Source: Actinomycetota bacterium
GTDB lineage: Bacteria; Actinomycetota; Actinomycetes; Mycobacteriales; Mycobacteriaceae
NCBI GenBank assembly: GCA_034190095.1
Contig: JAXHTL010000002.1
Coordinates: forward strand, 8,374-72,373
Direction: 5' to 3'
DNA: 64,000 nt
Positions 17,133-26,702 of the stretch are shown piece by piece. The number at the start of each line of letters is the position of its first letter. The first letter of the stretch is position 1. Both the position numbers and the translations under genes were made by a program. A model generated the notes under the pieces. That model saw nothing but the letters and a program-made list of their open reading frames with translations. It searched no databases and had not been told where the DNA came from.

Positions 17133-17834
17133 CTAGGTGTTCCTGCCGCCGTTGACGCCGAGGATCTGGCCGGTGATGTAGCCGGCCTCCTCGGACACCA
17201 GGAACGCGCACGCCGCGGCGATGTCCTCGGGCCGGCCCATCCGCCGCACCGGGGTGGCCTCGATGGTCGCCGCAACGTCGCCGATCAGACCGCGGGCCTG
17301 CGCACCGCGCAGCATCGGGGTGTCGATGAAGCCCGGCGGGACCGCGTTGACCGTGATGCCGGCCGGACCGTACTCCAGCGCCAGGGACTTGGTCAGCCCG
17401 TTGACCGCCGACTTCGCCGCGACATAGTGACTCATGAACGGGGTCCCCGAGTGCGTGCTCGACGACGAGATGTTGACGATACGGCCCCACCCCGCCCCGA
17501 CCATGTCGGGCAGCGCGGCCTGGACGCAATGGAACACGCCGTTGAGGTTGACGTCGACGACACGCTGCCACTCGGCGAAGCTGAGGTCGGTGAAGCGCTG
17601 AAAACCGTCCAGCCCGGCGGCGTTCACCAGGATCGAGACCGGACCGAGTTGGCCGCGGATGGCGCCCAGCGCGGATTCGACCTGGTCACGATCGGTCACA
17701 TCGGCGACGTGGGCCAGGTCGTCGGGGGAAGGGCTGAGATCGATGGTGGCCACCTGGTGACCGTCGGCGCGCAGCCGCTCGGCTACCGCGCGCCCGATCC
17801 CGGACCCGCCCCCGGTCACAACCGCGGTCTTCAT
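17133..17834 (-). CDS. SDR-family oxidoreductase (FabG-like 3-oxoacyl reductase)
   Basis: 233 aa. 'VVTGGGSGIGRA' cofactor motif, 'NAAG', and catalytic 'YVAAKSAV'. Confidence 0.9.
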   Translation of the reverse strand: MKTAVVTGGGSGIGRAVAERLRADGHQVATIDLSPSPDDLAHVADVTDRDQVESALGAIRGQLGPVSILVNAAGLDGFQRFTDLSFAEWQRVVDVNLNGVFHCVQAALPDMVGAGWGRIVNISSSSTHSGTPFMSHYVAAKSAVNGLTKSLALEYGPAGITVNAVPPGFIDTPMLRGAQARGLIGDVAATIEATPVRRMGRPEDIAAACAFLVSEEAGYITGQILGVNGGRNT

Positions 17835-17927
17835 GTGCGTTCCTTTCCTCGCCTCCCGTCGGCGCTGCGCTTTACGAACGTAAAGTACGGCACCGGCCGA
17901 TCGGCACGCACGGCGGCCGGGGTCGGT

Positions 17928-18410
17928 TCAGCGGTTCAGCTGCCAGACCCGCGTCGCCAGGGCCGTGGCGAAGGCACACCACAGCGGATAGGGCGCCAGC
18001 GCCGCACCCGCGGGCGCATTCACCGCCGCCGCGCGGCGGGTCAGATCGGCGCTGCTGACCGTCAGCACCCCGGCCAGCACCGCCGCGGGTCCGAGCATGC
18101 GCCGGTTGAAGAACACCCAGCTCCAACCGGCGTTCAGGGCCAGGTTGGCGACCAATGCCCGGGTGTAGGCCCGCGCCTGCTCGCTGTCCCCGCGGTCGTT
18201 GAGGGTGTCGATCGTCGACGCCGACACAACGGCGATGTCGGAGTACAGGATGTTCCAGGCAATGGGAAACGCCAGCCGGGGCGGCTGGAAGCTGGGCTTC
18301 TTCAGCCGTTCGTACCACGCCGACTCGACAACGGGTTTGGTGGCCAAGCCACCCAACGCGGCCGCGGTGAACGCCGCGCCGGCGGTCTTGGCAAGGGTCA
18401 TCGGGCGCAT
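17928..18410 (-). CDS. tspO: TspO/MBR tryptophan-rich sensory protein
   Basis: 160 aa, 5 TM. 'WYERLKKPSFQPP..AFPIAWNILY' and 'LNAGWSWVFF' blocks. Confidence 0.85.
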   Translation of the reverse strand: MRPMTLAKTAGAAFTAAALGGLATKPVVESAWYERLKKPSFQPPRLAFPIAWNILYSDIAVVSASTIDTLNDRGDSEQARAYTRALVANLALNAGWSWVFFNRRMLGPAAVLAGVLTVSSADLTRRAAAVNAPAGAALAPYPLWCAFATALATRVWQLNR

Positions 18411-18548
18411 GGCCGTCCTCTCTGCACAGATGGTCTACTCACCATTGCCCCTCCACAGTGTCACGAACCGGACCGCACCGAACCCGATCCGACGCGCGCG
18501 CAATAATCGGCGGAGAATCCACAGACTGGCTAAGGATCGGAGCGGGGC

Positions 18549-20024
18549 GTGCAGGAGATTGGCATCGACCGATCCGCCGCCGCCCTCGGCCACCCGGTCA
18601 GACGGCCCCGGCTGCTGGTCGTCGGGCTCGGCGTCGTGGTGTTGACCGTCGCCGTGCTGCAGACCGCGGTGGTGCCCGTGCTGGGCGTCATCGCCGATCA
18701 ACTCGGCGCGTCGACGGTGGCCGTCAGCTGGGCGGTCACCGCCAATCTGCTCGCCGCCGCGGCGATGACCCCGCTGATCGGGCGGCTGGCCGATCTGCAC
18801 CGCAAGAAGCGGGTGCTGCTCGGTGTGCTCGTCGTGGTGCTGGCCGGCTCGGTCCTGGCGGCCGTCACCTCGTCGCTTCCCCTGCTCATCGCCGGGCGGG
18901 TGTTGCAGGCCGCCTCGTTCGCGCTGTATCCGATCAGCATCGCGATCCTGCGGGAGGAACTCGCGCCCGACCGGATGGTCTCGGCGATGGCGGTGCTGTC
19001 CGGCACGCTGGGCTTCGGCGGCGGCACCGGACTGGTCGTGGTGGGCCTGTTGATGAGCGGTGACGCCGACTACCACCGGGTGTTCTGGTTGACCACCGGC
19101 TTCACCGCGTTCGTGATCGCGCTGGTCCTGGTGCTGGTCCCGAACCGGCCGCGCCGGGCCACCGGCTCCATCGACTGGCTGGGCGCACTGGGACTGGCCG
19201 CCGGACTCGCGGCGGTGCTGCTGGCGATCACCCAGGGAAACGTGTGGGGCTGGGGATCACCGCGCACCCTGGCAGCCGCCGGCGGTGGCGTGGCGGTACT
19301 GGTCGGGTGGTGGATGTGGGAGCGGCATGCCGCCCGGCCGCTGGTGTCCACCCGGATGCTGTCCCGGCGGTCGATGTTGTGTACCAATCTCGCGACGATC
19401 AGCGTCGGCATGGGCCTGTACTTCGCGTTCCTGGGCCTGACCCAGTTCGTCCAGATGCAGCCCGAGACTGCCGGATACGGCTTCGGCGCCACCGTGCTGC
19501 AGGCCAGCGTGGTCTATCTGCTGCCCGGAGCGCTCACCGGATTCGTGATCGCCCTGGTGTCCGGGCGGTTCATCGACCGGTTCGGCGCCCGCCCGGTGCT
19601 GATCGTCGCGGCCGTCGCCGGCATCGTCGGATTCACCTTCGTCGCATTCGCCCACAACTCGCCCTGGCAGGTGATCGTGGCCAGCATCCTGGCCAACGCC
19701 TACATCAGCCTCGGCTACGGCGCGTTGCCGGCCCTGGTGGTCAGCGAGGTCGAGACCGGCGAAACCGGGATCGCCACCGGCATGAACGCCATTGCGCGCA
19801 CGATCGGCAGCTCGATCGCCGCGGCGGTGGTGGCCCTGATGCTCGGCCGGACCACCGAGGCGGGGACGCCGATGGAGAGCAGCTTCGTGGTGACGTTCCT
19901 GGGCGGAGCGGTCACCGCGGTCCTGGCGATCGGCCTCATCGCGGCGTCACGGCCGCGGTCGCGGCCCACCGCTTCCGCAGAGGCCCGCTACGAATCGCGG
20001 GCCATGAACCACGAGTGGGGCTGA
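18549..20024 (+). CDS. MFS transporter, DHA2 (14-TM drug:H+ antiporter) type
   Basis: 491 aa, about 14 hydrophobic helices. MFS motif A-like 'GRLADLHRKKRVLL'. Confidence 0.9.
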   Translation: MQEIGIDRSAAALGHPVRRPRLLVVGLGVVVLTVAVLQTAVVPVLGVIADQLGASTVAVSWAVTANLLAAAAMTPLIGRLADLHRKKRVLLGVLVVVLAGSVLAAVTSSLPLLIAGRVLQAASFALYPISIAILREELAPDRMVSAMAVLSGTLGFGGGTGLVVVGLLMSGDADYHRVFWLTTGFTAFVIALVLVLVPNRPRRATGSIDWLGALGLAAGLAAVLLAITQGNVWGWGSPRTLAAAGGGVAVLVGWWMWERHAARPLVSTRMLSRRSMLCTNLATISVGMGLYFAFLGLTQFVQMQPETAGYGFGATVLQASVVYLLPGALTGFVIALVSGRFIDRFGARPVLIVAAVAGIVGFTFVAFAHNSPWQVIVASILANAYISLGYGALPALVVSEVETGETGIATGMNAIARTIGSSIAAAVVALMLGRTTEAGTPMESSFVVTFLGGAVTAVLAIGLIAASRPRSRPTASAEARYESRAMNHEWG

Positions 20025-20029
20025 ACGAC

Positions 20030-20470
20030 TCAGCGCAGTTCGGCGAGGTTGCGCACCGACTTGCGCACGTCACCTTTGATGACCCTGGCGACCAGCCCGC
20101 CGATCGGGGTGTTGAGCAGCCCGCCGGACAGGTCGGCGTCCACCCGGAAGTCCGAACCGCCGGCGTCGTCGCCGACCAGCGGCTCGACCTGCATCGTCAG
20201 CCCGATCCGGACCCCGCCGCGGCCGGTGCCGACCAGTTCGATCTCCTTGGGTTCGTCGTAACGGGTCACGCGCCAGTGGATGTCGTTGCGGAACCCCTTG
20301 ACCTTGATGCACGAGGACACCTCGGTGCCGACGTCGATCTCGTCGGGCACCTGGCTCTTCCAACCACCGAAGATCGTCAGCCACTCATCGAAGCGACGGA
20401 GATCGGAAGCCAGTGACCAGGCTTTTTCCGGGCTGAGGGAGGAGGACACCGATACATCGACTGACGCCAT
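20030..20470 (-). CDS. SRPBCC (polyketide cyclase/START-like) family protein
   Basis: 146 aa. 'SPEKAWSLASDLRRFDEWL' is typical of SRPBCC N-termini. Confidence 0.7.
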   Translation of the reverse strand: MASVDVSVSSSLSPEKAWSLASDLRRFDEWLTIFGGWKSQVPDEIDVGTEVSSCIKVKGFRNDIHWRVTRYDEPKEIELVGTGRGGVRIGLTMQVEPLVGDDAGGSDFRVDADLSGGLLNTPIGGLVARVIKGDVRKSVRNLAELR

Positions 20471-20770
20471 CCCCTGTCCCTACCCCACATCGTCATCCCG
20501 GTAAACGGACACCGTGCAGGTCGCCGGACTGCGAAGATCAGATCCTGCATCCTCACCCCGTGCCGGCCGGAGCTGGTCAGGCGAGAGTGCAGCACGTCCC
20601 GAGGCGCGGAATCGCGTGACTTCGCCCAGCAGGAGCGAGGAATTCGATTGTGGAATTGTAAATTCGTTGCGGATTCGCTTGCGAAGGTCGTCGCGATCCG
20701 CGATGGTTTATCCACAGCTCACGGCTGCACCTGAGGAGGACTCGCCCTGACCGGCACACACACCACCGCT

Positions 20771-21964
20771 GTGGACCACACTTCGGCGTCACAGGGACCT
20801 GGGTCGACCCATGGTGGCCCGGTCATCGAGATCGACCACGTCACGAAGCGCTTCGGTGACTACATCGCCGTCACCGACGCCGACTTCACCATCGCCCAAG
20901 GCGAGTTCTTCTCGATGCTGGGCCCCTCCGGCTGCGGCAAGACCACGACGCTGCGGATGATCGCCGGGTTCGAGACCCCCACCGAGGGCGCCATCCGGCT
21001 CGAAGGCGTCGACGTCTCGAAGACCCCGCCCAACAAACGCAACGTCAACACCGTGTTCCAGCACTACGCGCTGTTCCCGCACATGACCGTGTGGGACAAC
21101 GTGGCCTACGGCCCGCGCAGCCGCAGGAAGTCCGCCAAGATGAGTTCGGCCGAGGTGCGCAAACGCGTCGACGAACTGCTCGAGACGGTGCGGCTCAGCG
21201 ACTTCGCCCAGCGCAAACCCGCCCAGCTCTCCGGCGGCCAGCAGCAGCGGGTGGCGCTGGCGCGCGCGCTGGTCAACTACCCCAGCGCACTGCTGCTCGA
21301 CGAACCCCTCGGCGCGCTGGACCTCAAGCTGCGCCACGTCATGCAGTTCGAGCTCAAGCGCATCCAGCGCGAGGTCGGCATCACGTTCATCTACGTGACC
21401 CACGACCAGGAGGAAGCACTGACGATGAGTGACCGCATCGCGGTCATGAACGCCGGCAACGTCGAGCAGATCGGCACCCCCACCGAGATCTACGACCGGC
21501 CGGCCACGGTGTTCGTCGCCAGCTTCATCGGCCAGGCAAACCTCTGGTCGGGACGTCAAACCGGCCGCGCCAATCGGGATTTCGTCGAGGTCGACGTGCT
21601 CGGCTCGACCCTGAAGGCCCGTCCCGGCGACACCGCCATCGAGCCGGGAGGCAACGCCACGCTGATGGTGCGCCCGGAACGCATCCGGGTGTCCCCCTCG
21701 GCCGAACAACCGCCGTCCGGGGACGTCGTCGGCGTGCGCGCCACCGTGACCGACCTGACCTTCCAGGGCCCGGTGGTGCGGCTGATGATGGCCGCGCCCG
21801 ACTCGTCGACGATCATCGCCCACGTCGGACCGGAACAGGACCTTCCGATGCTGCGCCCCGGCGACGAGGTGTACGCCTCCTGGGCCCCGGGCGCCTCGCT
21901 GGTCCTGCCCGGCGCAGACGTCCCGACCACCGAGGATCTCGAGGACATGCTCGACGACTCCTGA
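20771..21964 (+). CDS. potA: spermidine/putrescine ABC transporter ATP-binding protein
   Basis: Walker A 'GPSGCGKTT', signature '[15 protein letters not shown]', Walker B '[11 protein letters not shown]'. C-terminal TOBE-like domain. First gene of a 4-gene pot-type operon. Confidence 0.9.
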   Translation: MDHTSASQGPGSTHGGPVIEIDHVTKRFGDYIAVTDADFTIAQGEFFSMLGPSGCGKTTTLRMIAGFETPTEGAIRLEGVDVSKTPPNKRNVNTVFQHYALFPHMTVWDNVAYGPRSRRKSAKMSSAEVRKRVDELLETVRLSDFAQRKPAQLSGGQQQRVALARALVNYPSALLLDEPLGALDLKLRHVMQFELKRIQREVGITFIYVTHDQEEALTMSDRIAVMNAGNVEQIGTPTEIYDRPATVFVASFIGQANLWSGRQTGRANRDFVEVDVLGSTLKARPGDTAIEPGGNATLMVRPERIRVSPSAEQPPSGDVVGVRATVTDLTFQGPVVRLMMAAPDSSTIIAHVGPEQDLPMLRPGDEVYASWAPGASLVLPGADVPTTEDLEDMLDDS

Positions 21965-22021
21965 TCTCCCGCCGTCCCGACACCCTTCCCCTCCCTGGAG
22001 CCGACGAAAGGCACTCTCGCG

Positions 22022-23203
22022 ATGTCCCGTGAAATCGATCCCCGCCTGCTGGCCAGACTGACCGCCAACCGCACCTCGCGCCGCCGTTTCCTCGGCGGCA
22101 GCGCCGCAGCCGCTGCCGGTCTGACGCTCGGCTCCTCCTTGCTGGCCGCGTGCGGCTCCGACAGCGACACCTCCGCGACCCCGACCGCCGACGGCGGCCC
22201 CGCCAGCGGCACCCTGCGGATCTCGAACTGGCCGCTGTACATGGCCGACGGCTTCGTCGCGGCGTTCCAGACCGCGTCGGGTATCACGGTGGACTACAAA
22301 GAGGACTTCAACGACAACGAGCAGTGGTTCGCCAAGGTCAAGGAGCCGCTGTCGCGCAAGCAGGACATCGGTGCCGACCTGGTCGTGCCGACCACCTTCA
22401 TGGCGGTGCGCCTGCACCAGCTCGGCTGGCTGAACAACATCAGCCACGACGCGGTGCCGAACATGAAGAACCTGCGCACCGACCTGCTCGAGGCCAGCGT
22501 CGACCCGGGCCGCGAGTTCAGCGCGCCCTACATGTCCGGCCTGGTCGGCATCGCCTACAACCGGGCCGCCACCGGACGGGACATCACCACGATCGACGAC
22601 ATGTGGGATCCGGCCTTCCGGGGCCGGGTCAGCCTGTTCTCCGACGCCCAGGACGGTCTGGGCATGATCATGCTGTCCCAAGGCAATTCGCCGGAGAACC
22701 CGACGACCGAGACCGTCCAGCAGGCCATCGACGTCGTCCGTGAACAGAACGACCGGGGCCAGATCCGCCGTTTCACCGGCAACGACTACGCCGACGACCT
22801 GGCCGCCGGCAACGTCGCGGTTGCCCAGGCCTACTCCGGCGACATCGTCCAGCTGCAGGCCGACAACCCGGACCTGCAGTTCGTGGTGCCCGAAACGGGT
22901 GCGACCACATTCGTGGACACCATGGTGATCCCGTACACCACCCAGAACCAGGCGGCCGCCGAGGCGTGGATCGACTACGTCTACGACCGGGCGAACTACG
23001 CCAAGCTGGTGTCGTTCGTCCAGTACATCCCGGTCCTCTCGGACATGACCGAGGAGCTGGAGAAGATCGATCCGGATTCGGCGAACAACCCGCTGATCAA
23101 CCCGCCGCAGTCGGTGCTGGACAAGTCGAAGGGCTGGGCCCCGCTCACCGACGAGCAGACCCAGGAGTTCAACACCGCCTACGCCGCCGTCACCGGAGGC
23201 TGA
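22022..23203 (+). CDS. potD: polyamine (spermidine/putrescine)-binding lipoprotein of ABC transporter
   Basis: 393 aa. Tat-like 'SRRRFLGGSAAAAAG' and lipobox 'LLAAC'. PotD/PotF-like periplasmic binding fold sequence. Confidence 0.85.
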   Translation: MSREIDPRLLARLTANRTSRRRFLGGSAAAAAGLTLGSSLLAACGSDSDTSATPTADGGPASGTLRISNWPLYMADGFVAAFQTASGITVDYKEDFNDNEQWFAKVKEPLSRKQDIGADLVVPTTFMAVRLHQLGWLNNISHDAVPNMKNLRTDLLEASVDPGREFSAPYMSGLVGIAYNRAATGRDITTIDDMWDPAFRGRVSLFSDAQDGLGMIMLSQGNSPENPTTETVQQAIDVVREQNDRGQIRRFTGNDYADDLAAGNVAVAQAYSGDIVQLQADNPDLQFVVPETGATTFVDTMVIPYTTQNQAAAEAWIDYVYDRANYAKLVSFVQYIPVLSDMTEELEKIDPDSANNPLINPPQSVLDKSKGWAPLTDEQTQEFNTAYAAVTGG

Positions 23204-23234
23204 CCCGGTTGACCCGCGGACGCGAGGAGCATGA

Positions 23235-24110
23235 ATGGCTGGCGTAGCCACCAGTAGCCGGCAGCGGAGCAAGATCGCCCCGTACCTGATGGTGCTGCCG
23301 GCACTGGTGTACCTCGGGGTGTTCTTCGTCGTGCCGTTCTTCTCGCTGGCGCGCACGTCGTTGTCGGAGACCAGCGGATCGGTGTTCCTGCCGACGCTGA
23401 CCTTCGCCTGGGACTTCGGCAACTACACCGACGCGTTCAGCGAGTACCGAGAACAGATCTTCCGCTCCTTCGGATATGCGTTCGTGGCCACCATCCTGTG
23501 TCTGTTGATGGCGTTCCCGCTGGCGTACGTGATCGCGTTCAAGGCGGGCAGGTTCAAGAACCTGATCCTGGGACTGGTGATCCTGCCGTTCTTCGTCACG
23601 TTCCTCATCCGCACGCTGGCCTGGAAGACCATCCTCGCCGATGAGGGCTGGGTGGTCACCGCGCTGGGCGCGATCGGCCTGCTGCCCGAGGAGGGACGTC
23701 TGCTGTCCACCAGTTGGGCGGTGATCGGCGGGCTGACCTACAACTGGATCATCTTCATGATCCTGCCGCTCTACGTCAGCCTGGAGAAGATCGACTCGCG
23801 GCTGCTCGAGGCATCCCGAGACCTGTACTCCTCGGCCGCCCGCAGCTTCCGGAAGGTGATCCTGCCGCTGTCCATGCCCGGTGTGCTGGCCGGCAGCATG
23901 CTGGTGTTCATCCCGTCGGTGGGCGACTTCATCAATGCCGACTACCTGGGCAGCACCCAGACCACGATGATCGGCAACGTCATCCAGAAACAGTTCCTGG
24001 TGGTCAAGGACTATCCCGCCGCCGCGGCGCTGTCGCTGGTGCTGATGCTCATCATCCTCGCCGGGGTGTTGCTCTACACCCGGGCGCTGGGCACGGAGGA
24101 CCTGGTATGA
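23235..24110 (+). CDS. potB: polyamine ABC transporter permease
   Basis: 291 aa, 6 TM. BPD-transporter EAA loop region 'LEASRDLYSSAARSFRKVILPLSMPG'. Confidence 0.9.
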   Translation: MAGVATSSRQRSKIAPYLMVLPALVYLGVFFVVPFFSLARTSLSETSGSVFLPTLTFAWDFGNYTDAFSEYREQIFRSFGYAFVATILCLLMAFPLAYVIAFKAGRFKNLILGLVILPFFVTFLIRTLAWKTILADEGWVVTALGAIGLLPEEGRLLSTSWAVIGGLTYNWIIFMILPLYVSLEKIDSRLLEASRDLYSSAARSFRKVILPLSMPGVLAGSMLVFIPSVGDFINADYLGSTQTTMIGNVIQKQFLVVKDYPAAAALSLVLMLIILAGVLLYTRALGTEDLV

Positions 24111-24964
24111 CGACCCAGGGCGGAGCGGCCGTCGCGACCGCCGCCAAGCAGCCACCGCACCCGAAAAAGGTTCGGGCCCGGCGCAACTGGGGCGATCTGC
24201 TGCTACGCATCGTGGCCGCGCTGGTGTTGCTGTTCCTGTTCCTGCCGATCTTCGTCATCATTCTGTTCTCGTTCAACAAGCCCCTCGGCAAGTTCAACTA
24301 CGCCTGGCAGGGTTTCACGTTCGAGAACTGGGCCGACCCGTTCAAGTACCCGGCGCTGACCGATGCGCTGCTGCTCAGCCTCAACGTCGCCGCGGTGTCC
24401 ACCGCGATCGCGCTGGTGCTGGGCACCCTCGTCGCGATCGCGCTGGTGCGGCAGCGCTGGCGCGGGCAGCGCGCCGTCGACACCTTCCTGGTGCTGCCGC
24501 TGACCGCACCCGAGGTGGTGATCGGCGCGGCGCTGCTGACCCTGTTCCTGGATTTCGGATGGGCGGCGGGCTACACCACGATCCTCATCGCGCACATCGC
24601 CTTCGAGGTGAGCTTCATCGCGATGACGGTGCGCGCGAGGGTGCGCGGGTTCGACTGGACGCTCGAGGATGCCTCGCTCGATCTGGGCGCGAGCCCGGCA
24701 CGCACCTTCTTCCGGGTGACCCTGCCGCTGATCGTGCCGGGCATCGTGGCCGCGGCGATGCTGTCGTTCGCGCTGTCGCTCGACGACTTCATCATCACCT
24801 ACTTCGTCAGCGGCTCGACGGTGACCTATCCGCTCTACGTCAACGCCGCGGTCAAAGCGGCGGTGCCGCCGCAGATCAACGTGCTGGCCACTGCGATCCT
24901 GCTGATCAGCCTGCTGCTGCTGGTCGTCGGCACGCTCTGGCGCCGTAAGCGATTCGAGGGCTAG
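24107..24964 (+). CDS. potC: polyamine ABC transporter permease
   Basis: ATG at 24107 overlaps the potB stop (ATGA). 285 aa, 6 TM. 'LEDASLDLGASPARTFFRVTLPLIVPG'. Confidence 0.9.
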   Translation: MTTQGGAAVATAAKQPPHPKKVRARRNWGDLLLRIVAALVLLFLFLPIFVIILFSFNKPLGKFNYAWQGFTFENWADPFKYPALTDALLLSLNVAAVSTAIALVLGTLVAIALVRQRWRGQRAVDTFLVLPLTAPEVVIGAALLTLFLDFGWAAGYTTILIAHIAFEVSFIAMTVRARVRGFDWTLEDASLDLGASPARTFFRVTLPLIVPGIVAAAMLSFALSLDDFIITYFVSGSTVTYPLYVNAAVKAAVPPQINVLATAILLISLLLLVVGTLWRRKRFEG

Positions 24965-24971
24965 ACCCGCC

Positions 24972-25364
24972 TCAGCGCGGGTCGAGGTGGACCCGCACGG
25001 TGACGCGCCCCCGGTCGTCGCGGTCGGCCACCGCGTGCCCGGTCCGGTCGGCGCCGTCGAGGGCGACCAGCGTGATCGATCCGCCCTCGCCGGTGAAGTT
25101 GCGCCACCACGTCTTCGAGTCCGGCGCCATCACCCGGATCACGACCTCGTCGCCGGTGCGGCGGTAGTTCACCGGGGTTTGGAACGTCCTGCCCGACCGC
25201 CGCCCGGAGTAGCGGATCAGCACCATGCTGCGACGCACGAGCGCGCCGAGACCGGGGACGTCGAGCAGCCGGGCCGCCCCGGAGTTGATCACACCCACCA
25301 CGGGTGAGGCGAAGATTCCACTGGCCATGGGGCCAAGGTATCCCCCGGCGTCCCCGGCAGCCAC
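24972..25364 (-). CDS. small split-barrel protein, tentatively deazaflavin-dependent nitroreductase/DUF385-like
   Basis: 130 aa (or start at the Met at 25328). The pattern 'LIRYSGRRSGRTFQTPVNYRRTGDEVVI...WWRNF' resembles FDOR-A/Ddn-family cores. Assignment is tentative. Confidence 0.5.
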   Translation of the reverse strand: MAAGDAGGYLGPMASGIFASPVVGVINSGAARLLDVPGLGALVRRSMVLIRYSGRRSGRTFQTPVNYRRTGDEVVIRVMAPDSKTWWRNFTGEGGSITLVALDGADRTGHAVADRDDRGRVTVRVHLDPR

Positions 25365-25390
25365 GGCGAGTTGTCCGGGCGGTGGTCCTG

Positions 25391-25759
25391 ATGCAGGATC
25401 AACGGGTGCCAGGCACCACCAAGACCGTGATCAACGTGGTACGCGCCGAAGCCGACTCGCTGATCGGCGCCACAACCGTGGCCCGCCGGATCCACGAGGT
25501 GGCCGCGGGCCGCGGCGTCATGCTGGAGGTGTTCGTGTTCGCCGGTGCGCAGCGGGCACTGACCGATGAACGACGGTCGGACTTCAACGAGGCGATCGAC
25601 GGTCTGATCGCGGCCGGGATACCGGTCAGCGCCTGCCTGAACTTCGCCCTCGCGCTCGGCGCTGCGGACGCGCTGGCCACACGCGGGATACAGCTCGAAG
25701 CCGCACGCGAAGCCTATCTGCGGTTCACCCTCGAGGGCGCCACGGTCATCAGCATCTGA
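25391..25759 (+). CDS. DsrE/DsrF-like family protein (tentative)
   Basis: ATG at 25391, 122 aa. 'VINVVRAE...MLEVFVFAGAQRAL...IAAGIPVSACLNFA' resembles the DsrE-like fold. The track ORF starting at 25304 is trimmed. Confidence 0.5.
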   Translation: MQDQRVPGTTKTVINVVRAEADSLIGATTVARRIHEVAAGRGVMLEVFVFAGAQRALTDERRSDFNEAIDGLIAAGIPVSACLNFALALGAADALATRGIQLEAAREAYLRFTLEGATVISI

Positions 25760-25776
25760 GCGGGCGCTGCACCCGC

Positions 25777-26643
25777 TCAGCCGACCTCGAGGCGCACCGG
25801 TGCGGCGCGGGCACCGCCCCGGGCCGCCCCGATCCCCGCCACCACCACCAGAAAGATGCCGAAGAGACCGGCCAGCGCCGGCACCTGGTGCAGCACCACG
25901 AACCCGACGATCATGGCCAACGCCGGCTCCACGCTCATCAACGTGCCGAACGCCGCGGTGTCGAGCCGGCGCAGCGCCAGCAGCTCGAGTGCGAACGGCA
26001 CCACCGGAAGCAGCACCGCGATACCCACCCCGATCAGCAGGATCTGCGGTGTCATCCGCTCCAGCGTGGCGGGCCCGACGGCCAGCGTCGCGACCAGACC
26101 CGCGACCGGCATCGACACCGCCAGCCCGCCGATGCCGGTGACCTGGTCGCCCACCCGCTGGGTCAGCAGGATGTAGCCGCCCCAGCACGCGGCCGCAGCC
26201 AGCGCGTAGCCGACCCCGACCGGATCCACGGCGCCCGACCACGGTTGGGTGAGCAGGACAACACCCACCGCCGCCAGTCCCGGCCAGAGCATCCGGCCCA
26301 GGCCGCGGCCGCGCAGCACGGCGACGGTGAGCGGTCCGAGGAACTCCAGCGCGCTGGCGGTGCCCAGCGGGATGCGGTCGACCGCGGCCATGAACAACAA
26401 CGTGACCCCGGCGGTGACCACGCCGAGCAGCACACACATGGCGAAGCTGCGGCGGGTGTAGGCGACGCGGCGGGGTCGCACGATGACCAGGAACAGCACC
26501 CCGGCCCAGGCGAGGCGCAGCCACGCCACGCCGCCGACCCCGATGTCCTCGATCAGGGTGACCGATATCGCCAGGCCGACCTGCAACGACAGCATGCCGC
26601 CGACGGCCATCAGCGCGCCGGTGCGCGCTTCGTTCGTGCTCAC
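25777..26643 (-). CDS. EamA/DMT-family transporter
   Basis: GTG at 26643 (alternative ATG at 26610). About 288 aa, 10 TM in two EamA halves. The Arg-rich N-terminal extension in the track is trimmed. Confidence 0.85.
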   Translation of the reverse strand: MSTNEARTGALMAVGGMLSLQVGLAISVTLIEDIGVGGVAWLRLAWAGVLFLVIVRPRRVAYTRRSFAMCVLLGVVTAGVTLLFMAAVDRIPLGTASALEFLGPLTVAVLRGRGLGRMLWPGLAAVGVVLLTQPWSGAVDPVGVGYALAAAACWGGYILLTQRVGDQVTGIGGLAVSMPVAGLVATLAVGPATLERMTPQILLIGVGIAVLLPVVPFALELLALRRLDTAAFGTLMSVEPALAMIVGFVVLHQVPALAGLFGIFLVVVAGIGAARGGARAAPVRLEVG

Positions 26644-26702
26644 CCCTGCATTGAACGGGACCACGACCGTTGCGGTCCACGTGATTTCTGCGGATATACC
26701 GT

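Noticed and set aside
20789-23422. 877-aa ORF antisense to potA-potD
   Set aside because: Same high-GC artefact. The pot genes on the + strand carry Walker, signature and permease motifs. The antisense translation is low-complexity and Arg/Gly/Val-rich.
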